54,792 nucleotides of DNA, taken from NCBI GenBank assembly GCA_030693205.1, contig JAUYBG010000011.1, positions 1-54,792 on the forward strand. Direction: 5' to 3'. The notes beneath the pieces are model-generated. The model ran no database searches, was not told where the DNA came from, and was given only the letters and a program-made list of their open reading frames with translations. The DNA comes from a bacterium. Its GTDB lineage: Bacteria; Patescibacteriota; Minisyncoccia; JAHIHE01. The translations under genes and the position numbers were made by a program. Shown in pieces: positions 18,558-28,052 of this stretch. Numbering within the stretch: position 1 is the stretch's first letter; the number at the start of each line of letters is the position of its first letter.

Positions 18558-20345
18558 TTAATTGTATTCGTAGTTTAATTTCATCGGATCTATGAAATAT
18601 TCCTCCGAAAATATAGGATCTGTTTTGCAATGATTGCCTGGTTCTTTATACAGATTATTTTTGGGAAGAGCTCCTCTTTGGGCATATTTACTGTATCCGC
18701 TATTCCTAACTCCAAAGTGGAGATGATCCGAACCATCAATATCCGCTATTGTTGCAATTTTATCTTTTTTGGCTACTTTGGCTTTTTCCTTTACGAGAGC
18801 ATTGACATGTATATAGGTCGTCGTAAATTTACTGTTGTCGGGAGCGGTATGCTCAATTACAATACCTTCGGCCCATCCGAGTCCGGCATTATAAACTACT
18901 TTAACAACGCCATCATAGGAAACAAGGACATCATCGCCGAGCTTCGCGTTTAAGTCTACGCCTGTATGACTTTTCCAATCTGAACCGCATTTTGAATCTT
19001 TTAAACCTTTTTTACTTTCAACTATCCAATCATCACCAAACGCAAAACCGTTAACATATGACTTCTCTTTAAGTGGCCATTGCAAGACTGGTATTAATGC
19101 CGCTGGCATATAAATCACGAAGTCAGCTGCTAAGATATCGTTTCCTCCAAACTCTTGCCATGGACCTTTGTTTCCATTTACATCTACTGCTCTTGCTCGC
19201 CAGTGGTAATCAGCATCTATCAAGTCATTTACTGTGATAGCAACTTCACTCCCGCTTGGAACAAGAATACTTTCTTTTATTCCCGATTGGGTTTCATCGA
19301 ATTGCCCTCCGTATTCATCCAGCCGTCTCAGTTCTATTTGCAGCTTCACTTGATCTTTGTCTGAATCACTTATTGCACCTTTAAATACAACGGTTCTTAC
19401 GTTTGTCGTATAACCTGTAGTTATTACAGTGGTTCCGTCGGATTTGAATTGGCTTAATTCGGATGGTTTGTCAGGAGTTGATTCAATGGTAATTTTCTGG
19501 CTTGCTTTATTGTTATCCTCTTTGGATTCATCGATTAGATTATCCGGATCAATTTTTACATATATATTATGTATACCAACTTCTCCGGCTGTGTCCCACG
19601 CAATGGATTTAACTACATTTTCCTCTTTATTGATTCCGTGTATCACCGACGAAAGTATGAGCTCGCTGCCAGTGTCAGGATTACCATCGTAAAAATCCAA
19701 AGTTACATCGGAACTTACAGAACTGCCGAAATTACGAATGCTCGCCTGAATTTCTATAATATCTCCTTCGGTAGGATTATTATTGCTGAAAGTAATATCT
19801 CCCGGCATAATAATAAAATCCGGCTTTGACGGATTTGAAGGAATAAGATAGAGATTGCCGGTTACTAAAGCCGTAATATCATTATAATCGCGATCTCCGC
19901 CATTCCACATATCTTCAAATCCCATTCTCAATGTTTGGGAATTTATGTCGGTAATGGCCGCATGCACCGTATTATCAGGATTTCTTGATGCTGGTCCGCT
20001 TAAGAAAGTGCCGTCCGGACTTTTTATGAAGAAAACCAGCTCAGTGTACTTCGAGAATGTCCCAATATCAATCTTTGTTCCTGGAATTGTTGAATGCCCC
20101 CAGAATAATTCTCGATAAGCTGGGTCATACAAGCCGAACAAATTATTATATCCGGCGTCTGATCCTTCAAAAGTTACCGCGATATTACTGTCTTCCGAGA
20201 GCACGATTGCTTTTGCTTCGGGATACAATGCTGCTTGAGCGGAAAAGCTTGTGGCAATCAGAATTAATATCGCTAATCCTGCAAATTTTATGATTTCTTC
20301 CGCTGTTGTTGATTTTACAGTTTGTTCAAATCTTTTTCTTGTCAT
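18558..20345 (-). CDS. Secreted M23 (LytM-type) metallopeptidase with DUF4114-like and CARDB-like domains
   Basis: GFEDMWNGGDRDYNDI (DUF4114-like), ITFSNNNPTEGDIIEIQASIRNFG (CARDB-like), HTGVDL ... HLHFGV (M23 HxxxD / HxH). Confidence 0.8.
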   Translation of the reverse strand: MTRKRFEQTVKSTTAEEIIKFAGLAILILIATSFSAQAALYPEAKAIVLSEDSNIAVTFEGSDAGYNNLFGLYDPAYRELFWGHSTIPGTKIDIGTFSKYTELVFFIKSPDGTFLSGPASRNPDNTVHAAITDINSQTLRMGFEDMWNGGDRDYNDITALVTGNLYLIPSNPSKPDFIIMPGDITFSNNNPTEGDIIEIQASIRNFGSSVSSDVTLDFYDGNPDTGSELILSSVIHGINKEENVVKSIAWDTAGEVGIHNIYVKIDPDNLIDESKEDNNKASQKITIESTPDKPSELSQFKSDGTTVITTGYTTNVRTVVFKGAISDSDKDQVKLQIELRRLDEYGGQFDETQSGIKESILVPSGSEVAITVNDLIDADYHWRARAVDVNGNKGPWQEFGGNDILAADFVIYMPAALIPVLQWPLKEKSYVNGFAFGDDWIVESKKGLKDSKCGSDWKSHTGVDLNAKLGDDVLVSYDGVVKVVYNAGLGWAEGIVIEHTAPDNSKFTTTYIHVNALVKEKAKVAKKDKIATIADIDGSDHLHFGVRNSGYSKYAQRGALPKNNLYKEPGNHCKTDPIFSEEYFIDPMKLNYEYN

Positions 20346-20551
20346 TAATTATCACTTTGTCCTTATTTTATCTTTTATTCCCGTGTCGATACGAAAGAAA
20401 CCTATTAGATTCCCCATTTTTTGATTTTTAATTGTAATGTGCATTACGCTCCCTTTTATCACTTTTTATTTAAGTGAACCTATGTAGATTAGTGCATCTT
20501 TGCTAATTTGTCAACGATAACATGAAAATTAAATATCTCATTGGAATATAA

Positions 20552-20680
20552 AAAAATATCGCCCCCGGCGAATGGCGCGTAAACGTGGAAACATCCGACC
20601 ACAAACTCATCGGCCGTTTGCGTTTTAATGTGATCCAAGCGAATACCGAACCGGCCTTAAAAACTGAGGTTTTGGATTAA
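20552..20680 (+). pseudogene. 3' fragment (42 codons) of a DUF2914-like gene, copy 2
   Basis: KNIAPGEWRVNVETSDHKLIGRLRFNVIQANTEPALKTEVLD*, in frame directly after a TAA. Hand alignment to copy 1 gives about 20 mismatches in 129 nt, and about half are synonymous third-position changes. Confidence 0.6.
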
Positions 20681-20745
20681 ACATATTCGCCAAGGCAATA
20701 AAAAAAACAAAAAAAGCCGCATGTTTATATTATGCGGTTTAAAAA

Positions 20746-21216
20746 CTAAAGGTTTAAAATTGCTTCGTGGATTTTTTTAGCTAATTCTCTATAATAAACG
20801 CCGACTTGATCAAGCTTGGTAAAAAAACACGGCAAATAGATTAAAGTCGTTCCATTACCTCTAAGCATCGCGTTTATACCGAGTTCCTTTTCCAGCTCAG
20901 TTCGAAAATCTGTACGATAAATGATAGCTTTACCGATAGATGTAATAGCCATTCCATATTCAACGCAAGTACCGCTATCGGAATCAGGTCCGTCAGCATT
21001 ACCGACAAAAATATTTTGAGGGCTTGAACAAGCAATCCTGCAACTTTCAGCTATAGCTTTGGTATTGAAGCTTTTTCCATCAAACGCTTTAAGCGCCTCT
21101 CTTTGAGGGAGTATTACTTCGTAACCCAATACTTTCAAATATTTTTCAAGGAGCAACTGGTGAAGTCGTTCTCCGGCGTTAAAAAGCCCTCCGGCCAGAT
21201 ATATTTTTCTTTTCAT
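20746..21216 (-). CDS. Nucleoside 2-deoxyribosyltransferase-like protein
   Basis: KIYLAGGLFNAGE at the N-terminus and PDSDSGTCVEYGMA match the family pattern. GGAGG lies 6 nt upstream. Confidence 0.7.
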   Translation of the reverse strand: MKRKIYLAGGLFNAGERLHQLLLEKYLKVLGYEVILPQREALKAFDGKSFNTKAIAESCRIACSSPQNIFVGNADGPDSDSGTCVEYGMAITSIGKAIIYRTDFRTELEKELGINAMLRGNGTTLIYLPCFFTKLDQVGVYYRELAKKIHEAILNL

Positions 21217-21312
21217 TATTTTCCTCCTGTTCTTTTCGATTTCTATTTTGAAACAACAGAACTACGTATAGTATAAATAGATATTGCTTTTTGTCAAACT
21301 TGGCCTTATTAA

Positions 21313-21414
21313 ATTCTCGGCCGCTTGCGTTTTAACGTGATCCGGGTAGATTCCGAACCACGTACCATTCGATACGTGGCAATGCCGGTTTTAAAAACTG
21401 AGGTTTTGGATTAA
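21313..21414 (+). pseudogene. 3' fragment (33 codons) of a DUF2914-like gene, copy 3, with a 27-nt in-frame palindromic insertion
   Basis: ILGRLRFNVIRVDSEP[RTIRYVAMP]VLKTEVLD*. The 5' part resembles copy 1 and the 3' tail resembles copy 2. Confidence 0.55.
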
Positions 21415-21518
21415 AGAAAAGTGCATATTAAAAGCAAGCCAATTCGTTTTTGAGTGCATTTGGTGAAACCCATGCAATCAAAAATAATTGGCGAGTTTTA
21501 CTGATCAAAATATCTTTT

Positions 21519-22214
21519 TTACAACCCCATTTTTGCCAAAAACTCTTCCCGCTCTTTGCCCACAAGTATCCAATAACCCCCGCTTTTTAGTTCGCCCAGC
21601 TTGATATTCATAATCCTGACTCTGTTGAGATCCAAGACCTCGTATTCCAGCGCCGCACACATCCGCCTGATCTGCCTTTTTTTGCCCTCGGTCAAAATTA
21701 TGGAAAAAGAAAATTTATCCAATTTTTTCAAAACGCATTTTTGCGTGACATAGCCGTCATCCAGTTTTACCCCTTGCTCCATTCGGCTGATAAAATCCCG
21801 GCTAACCGGCTTATTGACCCTAACCTCGTATTCTTTTTCGTGGCGTTCAATCGGGTTCAATAATTTATCCGTGATCCGGCCGTCATTGGTAAGCATGATC
21901 AAGCCCCTTGAATCCTTATCCAGCCTGCCCAAAGGAAAAACTTTGTATTTGAGTTTTAAAATATCGGCGATGCTCGTTTCGCCTTTTTGCGGACTGTGCG
22001 TGATTATTCCTTCCGGCTTATTAAAAGCGATATAGACCAGCTCTTTCATTTTTCCGCCCACTTCCACCCTGTCGCCCTCGCGCACCATTGCTCCCAGCTC
22101 GGCTTTTTGGCCATTCACTTTTACTTTTCCTTGCCTGATCAGCTCGTCGGCTTCCCGGCGGCTCGCGATCTTCTTATCGGCTAAATATTTATTTATTCTT
22201 ATGGGAAATAACAT
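21519..22214 (-). CDS. rRNA pseudouridine synthase, RsuA/RluB family (S4 domain + catalytic domain)
   Basis: N-terminal S4-like RINKYLADKKIASRREADELI. Catalytic GRLDKDSRGLIMLTNDG. Confidence 0.9.
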   Translation of the reverse strand: MLFPIRINKYLADKKIASRREADELIRQGKVKVNGQKAELGAMVREGDRVEVGGKMKELVYIAFNKPEGIITHSPQKGETSIADILKLKYKVFPLGRLDKDSRGLIMLTNDGRITDKLLNPIERHEKEYEVRVNKPVSRDFISRMEQGVKLDDGYVTQKCVLKKLDKFSFSIILTEGKKRQIRRMCAALEYEVLDLNRVRIMNIKLGELKSGGYWILVGKEREEFLAKMGL

Positions 22215-22484
22215 TTCTTTTATATTAATCAGTAAAATATTATTAATCTTATCTTATAGCTTTGCTGTCCGCTTGTCAAAAAAATTTATTTTATGGCAAT
22301 AAAAAACTTATCCCCAATTTAGACGTTGACGATGGCTTTTTTTTTTATGGTAATATTACCAGCATTGGAGGAAATTTAAAAATGTAGCACACTAAAATAA
22401 AAAAAGCGCAAAAAGCGCAAAGAAGACTGGGGAAATTGAACGCAGAAAAACAAAAAACGAAAATAAATCAAGAAGTGATTAGAA

Positions 22485-23171
22485 ATGAGGAAAATGAGTT
22501 TAGCAGTCATTGGACTGCTGATAGTGGCAATGTTTGCCGCAATAGCGCCAGTGGAAGCAAGAATACCTCCAAGCGGTAGTTACTATGACCGAGAGGCGAT
22601 AATTCGTGAAGCATACTTTGCCGTAATGGGCGATGTTAATGCTTTCCCAGGAACGACACAACAACTGGGTAAGTGGAACTTTATGGATTTTGACAGGCCA
22701 GCACAGACTCGAACAATCAACGAATTGGGAGGAGTCTATTATGCAGGAGAGACAACACCAATAATAGATGGCTGGGTCAAATACGGTTTCAATAATAGTA
22801 TAGGCAGAGGAGGGCAATGTTTGTTCTTTGTAAATCTGCTTCTATACAGATCGGAAGCTGATAGAACGGCGGGTAAATTTAATTCGTGGTCATATGATAT
22901 TTATCCATATGCCACAGAAATGACTAACGATAGACCATGGCCCGGGGATATAATATTCAAACCTGCGGACTCGACCTCGCAACATATAGCCATCGTAGTT
23001 TCCAGGAGCGGAGACAATGTGGGTGTGATAGAATCAAATGGCGTTGGAATAAGCGAAGCTATTTCGCACAAAATTACAACAATTCCAACACTAAGAAATA
23101 AAGGATATAAGGTATTCACAAATGTGAATTACTACAACAATAATTACTACAGCAACCACTATCCTTCATAA
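22485..23171 (+). CDS. Secreted CHAP-like amidase/peptidase domain protein (putative)
   Basis: Signal peptide. GGQCLFFVNLLL (Cys), QHIAIVVS (His) and VIESN are consistent with a CHAP triad. Asn/Tyr-rich tail. Confidence 0.55.
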   Translation: MRKMSLAVIGLLIVAMFAAIAPVEARIPPSGSYYDREAIIREAYFAVMGDVNAFPGTTQQLGKWNFMDFDRPAQTRTINELGGVYYAGETTPIIDGWVKYGFNNSIGRGGQCLFFVNLLLYRSEADRTAGKFNSWSYDIYPYATEMTNDRPWPGDIIFKPADSTSQHIAIVVSRSGDNVGVIESNGVGISEAISHKITTIPTLRNKGYKVFTNVNYYNNNYYSNHYPS

Positions 23172-23193
23172 GGATTAAACAACACAAATGTAA

Positions 23194-23230
23194 AGGGCAG
23201 ATTATTTTTAAACTGCCCTCTTTTATTTTT
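23194..23230. terminator. Hairpin terminator between convergent genes
   Basis: AGGGCAG-N12-CTGCCCT followed by CTTTTATTTTT. It serves the + gene and is possibly bidirectional. Confidence 0.6.
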
Positions 23231-23234
23231 AAAA

Positions 23235-23978
23235 CTAATAAGTATTAAGATGAAAAGAAGAAATAATAATATCAAATACTGGTTTGTTGCCGAATTGTCG
23301 ATTTTTACCATCCACACGAAGATAATTATCCGTGCTAAATTTAATAACATGATCATTCTTTAAAATAACAACTTTATAATTTTCCATCAGAGTAATGCCC
23401 GAACTGGAAGTAGATTTTGAAAAAACAACCCTTCCTCCGTAAGCGTCAAGTCCGCTGATTTTAAAATAAGTAAAATTGTTTTTAACGAGAGATGAGTATA
23501 CTTCTTGAAGTTCTTTGTTATAAAAAGAATCCGGGGACGTATAATCCGTTGAAAGTTCTTTATAAAATGCTTCTTCGGCTGTTTTGTAATTTTCAGTATT
23601 TTTTTTAACTGTAATATGTGTTGATGGGTTATCTCGTGTATCGCAAGTATCAGGTATGCCATTATAACCCGTGCGGATGTTTAGATTTAATTCTGCTTTT
23701 ATAACATCTTGAGATTTTAAGGTATCGTCGCATACATTCACATATTCCGGATACTTAAAACTAAAACCAAATTTATCATTTCGATATTCTTTCCAATTAA
23801 AAGTCACCAAATTTTGTAGATTTTCTACGTTTTCATTTTGGTTGATTTGCTCTTGTTTTAAATCTGAAATATCTTTTTTAATACCTAAATTTTGCTTGCT
23901 TAAATTAGAATACAAAAAGATATTACTAATAAGAAAGACAATAATTACAGAAACTAAAAAATAATTTATTTTATTCAT
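23235..23978 (-). CDS. Membrane-anchored secreted hypothetical protein
   Basis: N-terminal TM helix, coiled region, then WKEYRNDKFGFSFKYPEY, which is paralogous to the motif in the 17809-18420 product. Confidence 0.65.
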   Translation of the reverse strand: MNKINYFLVSVIIVFLISNIFLYSNLSKQNLGIKKDISDLKQEQINQNENVENLQNLVTFNWKEYRNDKFGFSFKYPEYVNVCDDTLKSQDVIKAELNLNIRTGYNGIPDTCDTRDNPSTHITVKKNTENYKTAEEAFYKELSTDYTSPDSFYNKELQEVYSSLVKNNFTYFKISGLDAYGGRVVFSKSTSSSGITLMENYKVVILKNDHVIKFSTDNYLRVDGKNRQFGNKPVFDIIISSFHLNTY

Positions 23979-24116
23979 TTTATAAAATTTATTTACTTAG
24001 TAATTTCAGTTTATCATTTAAGCCGCTAATAGTCAAAATTTTTCGCGCAAAACAAAAAGCGAGGAAAATTCCCCCGCCTTTCTTTGTCTTAAATTTTTGT
24101 CATTGGAAATTTGCTT

Positions 24117-24147
24117 GCCTCGCCGAAGCTTTGATGCGAAGGCGGGT
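24117..24147. repeat. Dispersed about 30-nt repeat, family GCCTCGC(C/T)GAAG..GCGAAG(G)CGGGT, copy 1
   Basis: GCCTCGCCGAAGCTTTGATGCGAAGGCGGGT. A second copy lies at 34960-34987. It sits just 3' of groEL. Confidence 0.5.
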
Positions 24148-24163
24148 CATTTGTCATTTCATT

Positions 24164-25864
<1,701 letters not shown>

Positions 25865-25870
25865 TTATTA

Positions 25871-26161
25871 TTACACTAAGATCGCAAGCAAGTCTTCTTC
25901 TTTGACAACCAAATATTCTTTTCCTTCAATTTTCACTTCGGTCGGCGAATAGCGGGAAAAAAGCACCTTGTCGCCCACTTTTACTTCCATTTTCGCGCGC
26001 GTTCCATCTTTTAACAAGCGCCCTGTACCCACGGCAACAACCTTGCCCTGTTCAGGTTTTTCTTTCTCTACTGTGCCGGGCAGAATAATTCCCGATTTTG
26101 TGGTCTCTTCCGGAGAAATTTGCTCCAGCACCACCCTATCTCCCAATGGTTTGATATTCAT
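25871..26161 (-). CDS. groS: Co-chaperonin GroES
   Basis: [14 protein letters not shown]... 96 aa from the ATG at 26161. The ORF-track start at 26227 would add a non-homologous extension. Confidence 0.95.
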   Translation of the reverse strand: MNIKPLGDRVVLEQISPEETTKSGIILPGTVEKEKPEQGKVVAVGTGRLLKDGTRAKMEVKVGDKVLFSRYSPTEVKIEGKEYLVVKEEDLLAILV

Positions 26162-26191
26162 CATATTTTTATAAATTAAAAGATTAAAAAT

Positions 26192-26219
26192 GGCTAAACT
26201 GTAATCATTAAGTCTAACC
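26192..26219 (-). promoter_or_regulatory. Imperfect palindrome in the groES 5' UTR (non-canonical CIRCE-like position)
   Basis: Minus strand reads GGTTAGACT-N10-AGTTTAGCC (7/9 arm symmetry), 31-58 nt upstream of the groES ATG and downstream of the predicted promoter. Confidence 0.3.
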
Positions 26220-26264
26220 AAAAACACTGATTATTTAATATCTGTTTGTTAATGGACATCTATT

Positions 26265-26292
26265 ATATTAACAGACCGGCGGTTGTTGTCAA
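26265..26292 (-). promoter_or_regulatory. groES-groEL promoter, TTGACA-16-TAATAT
   Basis: Read on the minus strand. It would give a 5' UTR of about 95 nt. Confidence 0.55.
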
Positions 26293-26351
26293 GACAATCC
26301 GCATAAGAAACAAAATTGCACAGTTCTATACAAATGTGAAGTTGTAAATTG

Positions 26352-26819
26352 CTACAATTTTAACTTCTTTTTAATAAATTCTATTTCTTTGGAAACTTCT
26401 GCTCTAAAAACTTCAAATCGCTTATCAAGGTCGTTCCAATTATTTTGATTATCATTATATTGTTTATTTATCGTATCAATATTTTTCTCAATGGTCATAA
26501 TTTTTTCCCCTTGAACGCCTTGCTCGCGATAAACTGAAATATATCCTCCAATAACAAGAAAAATCACTCCGCTTATTAAGGCTATTATCCAATTATCGTA
26601 TAAAAAATCTTTAACGCTTAACAATGCTGATTTTTTTTGAAATCGGGGTTTTTCTATTTCTTTGTCTTCAAAAGACGACGAATCTGTTTTCTTTAGATCA
26701 ATAGGATCTTCTTCTGTTTTGTTTAAAGCGAATTTTGATAATAAAAATCTCCCGTAAGCGTCTTTTTCGTAAAGAGTTTTACCGGCATGAATTAGCCTAT
26801 TTATCTTTTTTTGCTTCAT
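26352..26819 (-). CDS. Small single-pass membrane protein with C-terminal coiled coil, hypothetical
   Basis: 155 aa. TM helix IIALISGVIFLVIGGYISVY. Heptad-like Asn/Lys/Glu-rich C-terminus. The start lies 23 nt inside the upstream ORF. Confidence 0.65.
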   Translation of the reverse strand: MKQKKINRLIHAGKTLYEKDAYGRFLLSKFALNKTEEDPIDLKKTDSSSFEDKEIEKPRFQKKSALLSVKDFLYDNWIIALISGVIFLVIGGYISVYREQGVQGEKIMTIEKNIDTINKQYNDNQNNWNDLDKRFEVFRAEVSKEIEFIKKKLKL

Positions 26820-27495
26820 AATTATTTAACCAAGAATAGTAATTTTTTTCCAAGAAACTCTTTGCATCGTCAAAAACTTTTTCTGTAAAACATTCTCGTA
26901 AATCTTCCGGCGCCGGATCATAATAATATTGATAATCAAGGCTAGCGAGCGTCGCTTCTTTTATTTCAATAAAATTGTATATTGCATTTTTATAATCACT
27001 TACCCCTTTCCGATACAACGCTTCTACAACAGAGTCTTTTTTTGAAAACGAAATATTGATATTTTCTGTATCGTTTATTTTGTTTTCAGTTAAAAGATTC
27101 ACCGCCTGATCAAGGTTTTTGTTTTTTCCAATTTTATGAGAAAAAATAATCCCTATTCTTTTTATATTTTTTAATTGATACTCTTTAAATAAAACATTTT
27201 TAAAATAATTAAAAATATCATCTCGTATCCAGGCATACTTTTTTTCAAAATTTTTATTTACTACGATTCCAAGTATCAAGTCATCTGTGTTGATTCTCAA
27301 ATATTCTTCAGTAACAGAATTGTATAATGTTTTTTCACGACGCGAGTTTTCCTGCATTTCAGGAAAAAAATCTGCTCCAAACGGCGTTTTGTCACTATAA
27401 AGAATATTATCAATAATATCTCCGGCTATATCGGGTATACGAAAAGATTTTGCATATTTTATACCTACAGTTAATCCGATTATATTGTCTTTCAT
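26797..27495 (-). CDS. Hypothetical soluble protein (232 aa), translationally coupled to the membrane protein
   Basis: No catalytic motif recognised. Size and a KRIGIIFSHKI segment weakly recall the uncharacterised TIGR04255-type family (unverified). Confidence 0.65.
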   Translation of the reverse strand: MKDNIIGLTVGIKYAKSFRIPDIAGDIIDNILYSDKTPFGADFFPEMQENSRREKTLYNSVTEEYLRINTDDLILGIVVNKNFEKKYAWIRDDIFNYFKNVLFKEYQLKNIKRIGIIFSHKIGKNKNLDQAVNLLTENKINDTENINISFSKKDSVVEALYRKGVSDYKNAIYNFIEIKEATLASLDYQYYYDPAPEDLRECFTEKVFDDAKSFLEKNYYSWLNNYEAKKDK

Positions 27496-27555
27496 ATATA
27501 GATTTTGCTTTAATATTTTTTATTAAAACAACTTTAATTTTTATTTGTCATATTT

Positions 27556-27960
27556 TTAATTTGATAAAAAATAGATAATCTTTTTTATAACCAAATTTAG
27601 ATCTTTTTCAATCTCATGCTCCCAAACTCTCAAAACTTTCCAGCCTTCCCTTTTTAGTTTTGCCCTGTTTTTCTTGTCGCGCTTAATATTATTTTCAATT
27701 TTTGCTTGCCAGTATTTTTTTGGAAGCCTTTTTCTTGTTTTTGCAAATCGCCAGCCGTGCCAAAAATCACCATCAACAAATACTGCTTTTTTCTTTTTTG
27801 GCAACGCTATATCCGGGTGGCCAATCGCTTTTGAATAATATCTCTGAAAATAAATTTTTCTTTTTCTGAGCTCCCTGAAAATTATTTTTTCAATCCCCGT
27901 ATTCTTAGAACGGATTTTAGACATTACCTCGCTTCTCTTTTTCTTAGTAAAAGTGTCCAT
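27556..27960 (-). CDS. vsr: Very short patch repair endonuclease
   Basis: MSKIRSKNTGIEKIIFRELRKRKIYFQRY, HPDIALPKKKKAVFVDGDFWHGW, WKVLRVWEHE. Confidence 0.9.
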   Translation of the reverse strand: MDTFTKKKRSEVMSKIRSKNTGIEKIIFRELRKRKIYFQRYYSKAIGHPDIALPKKKKAVFVDGDFWHGWRFAKTRKRLPKKYWQAKIENNIKRDKKNRAKLKREGWKVLRVWEHEIEKDLNLVIKKIIYFLSN

Positions 27961-27990
27961 ACCGTATTTTAAAACATGTGGATAACTGCC

Positions 27991-28019
27991 TTGATTTTCG
28001 GTTTATTTTCGGTTATAAT
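27991..28019 (+). promoter_or_regulatory. Promoter TTGATT-17-TATAAT of the LexA-methyltransferase gene, overlapped by two TTTTCGGTT direct repeats
   Basis: -35 at 27991-27996 and -10 at 28014-28019. Repeats at 27995-28003 and 28006-28014, with an 11-bp period. Confidence 0.55.
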
Positions 28020-28052
28020 TAAATTGTAGCACAAACTAATTTTTATTACAAT

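Noticed and set aside
17348-21414. Possibility that the three repeats are integron attC sites or a CRISPR-like array
   Set aside because: The repeats are 100-230 nt coding remnants that keep one reading frame and a common stop. They lack the attC R/L box symmetry. No integron integrase or cas gene is present, and the spacing (3.0 and 0.6 kb) is gene-sized. No CRISPR array is seen anywhere in the window.
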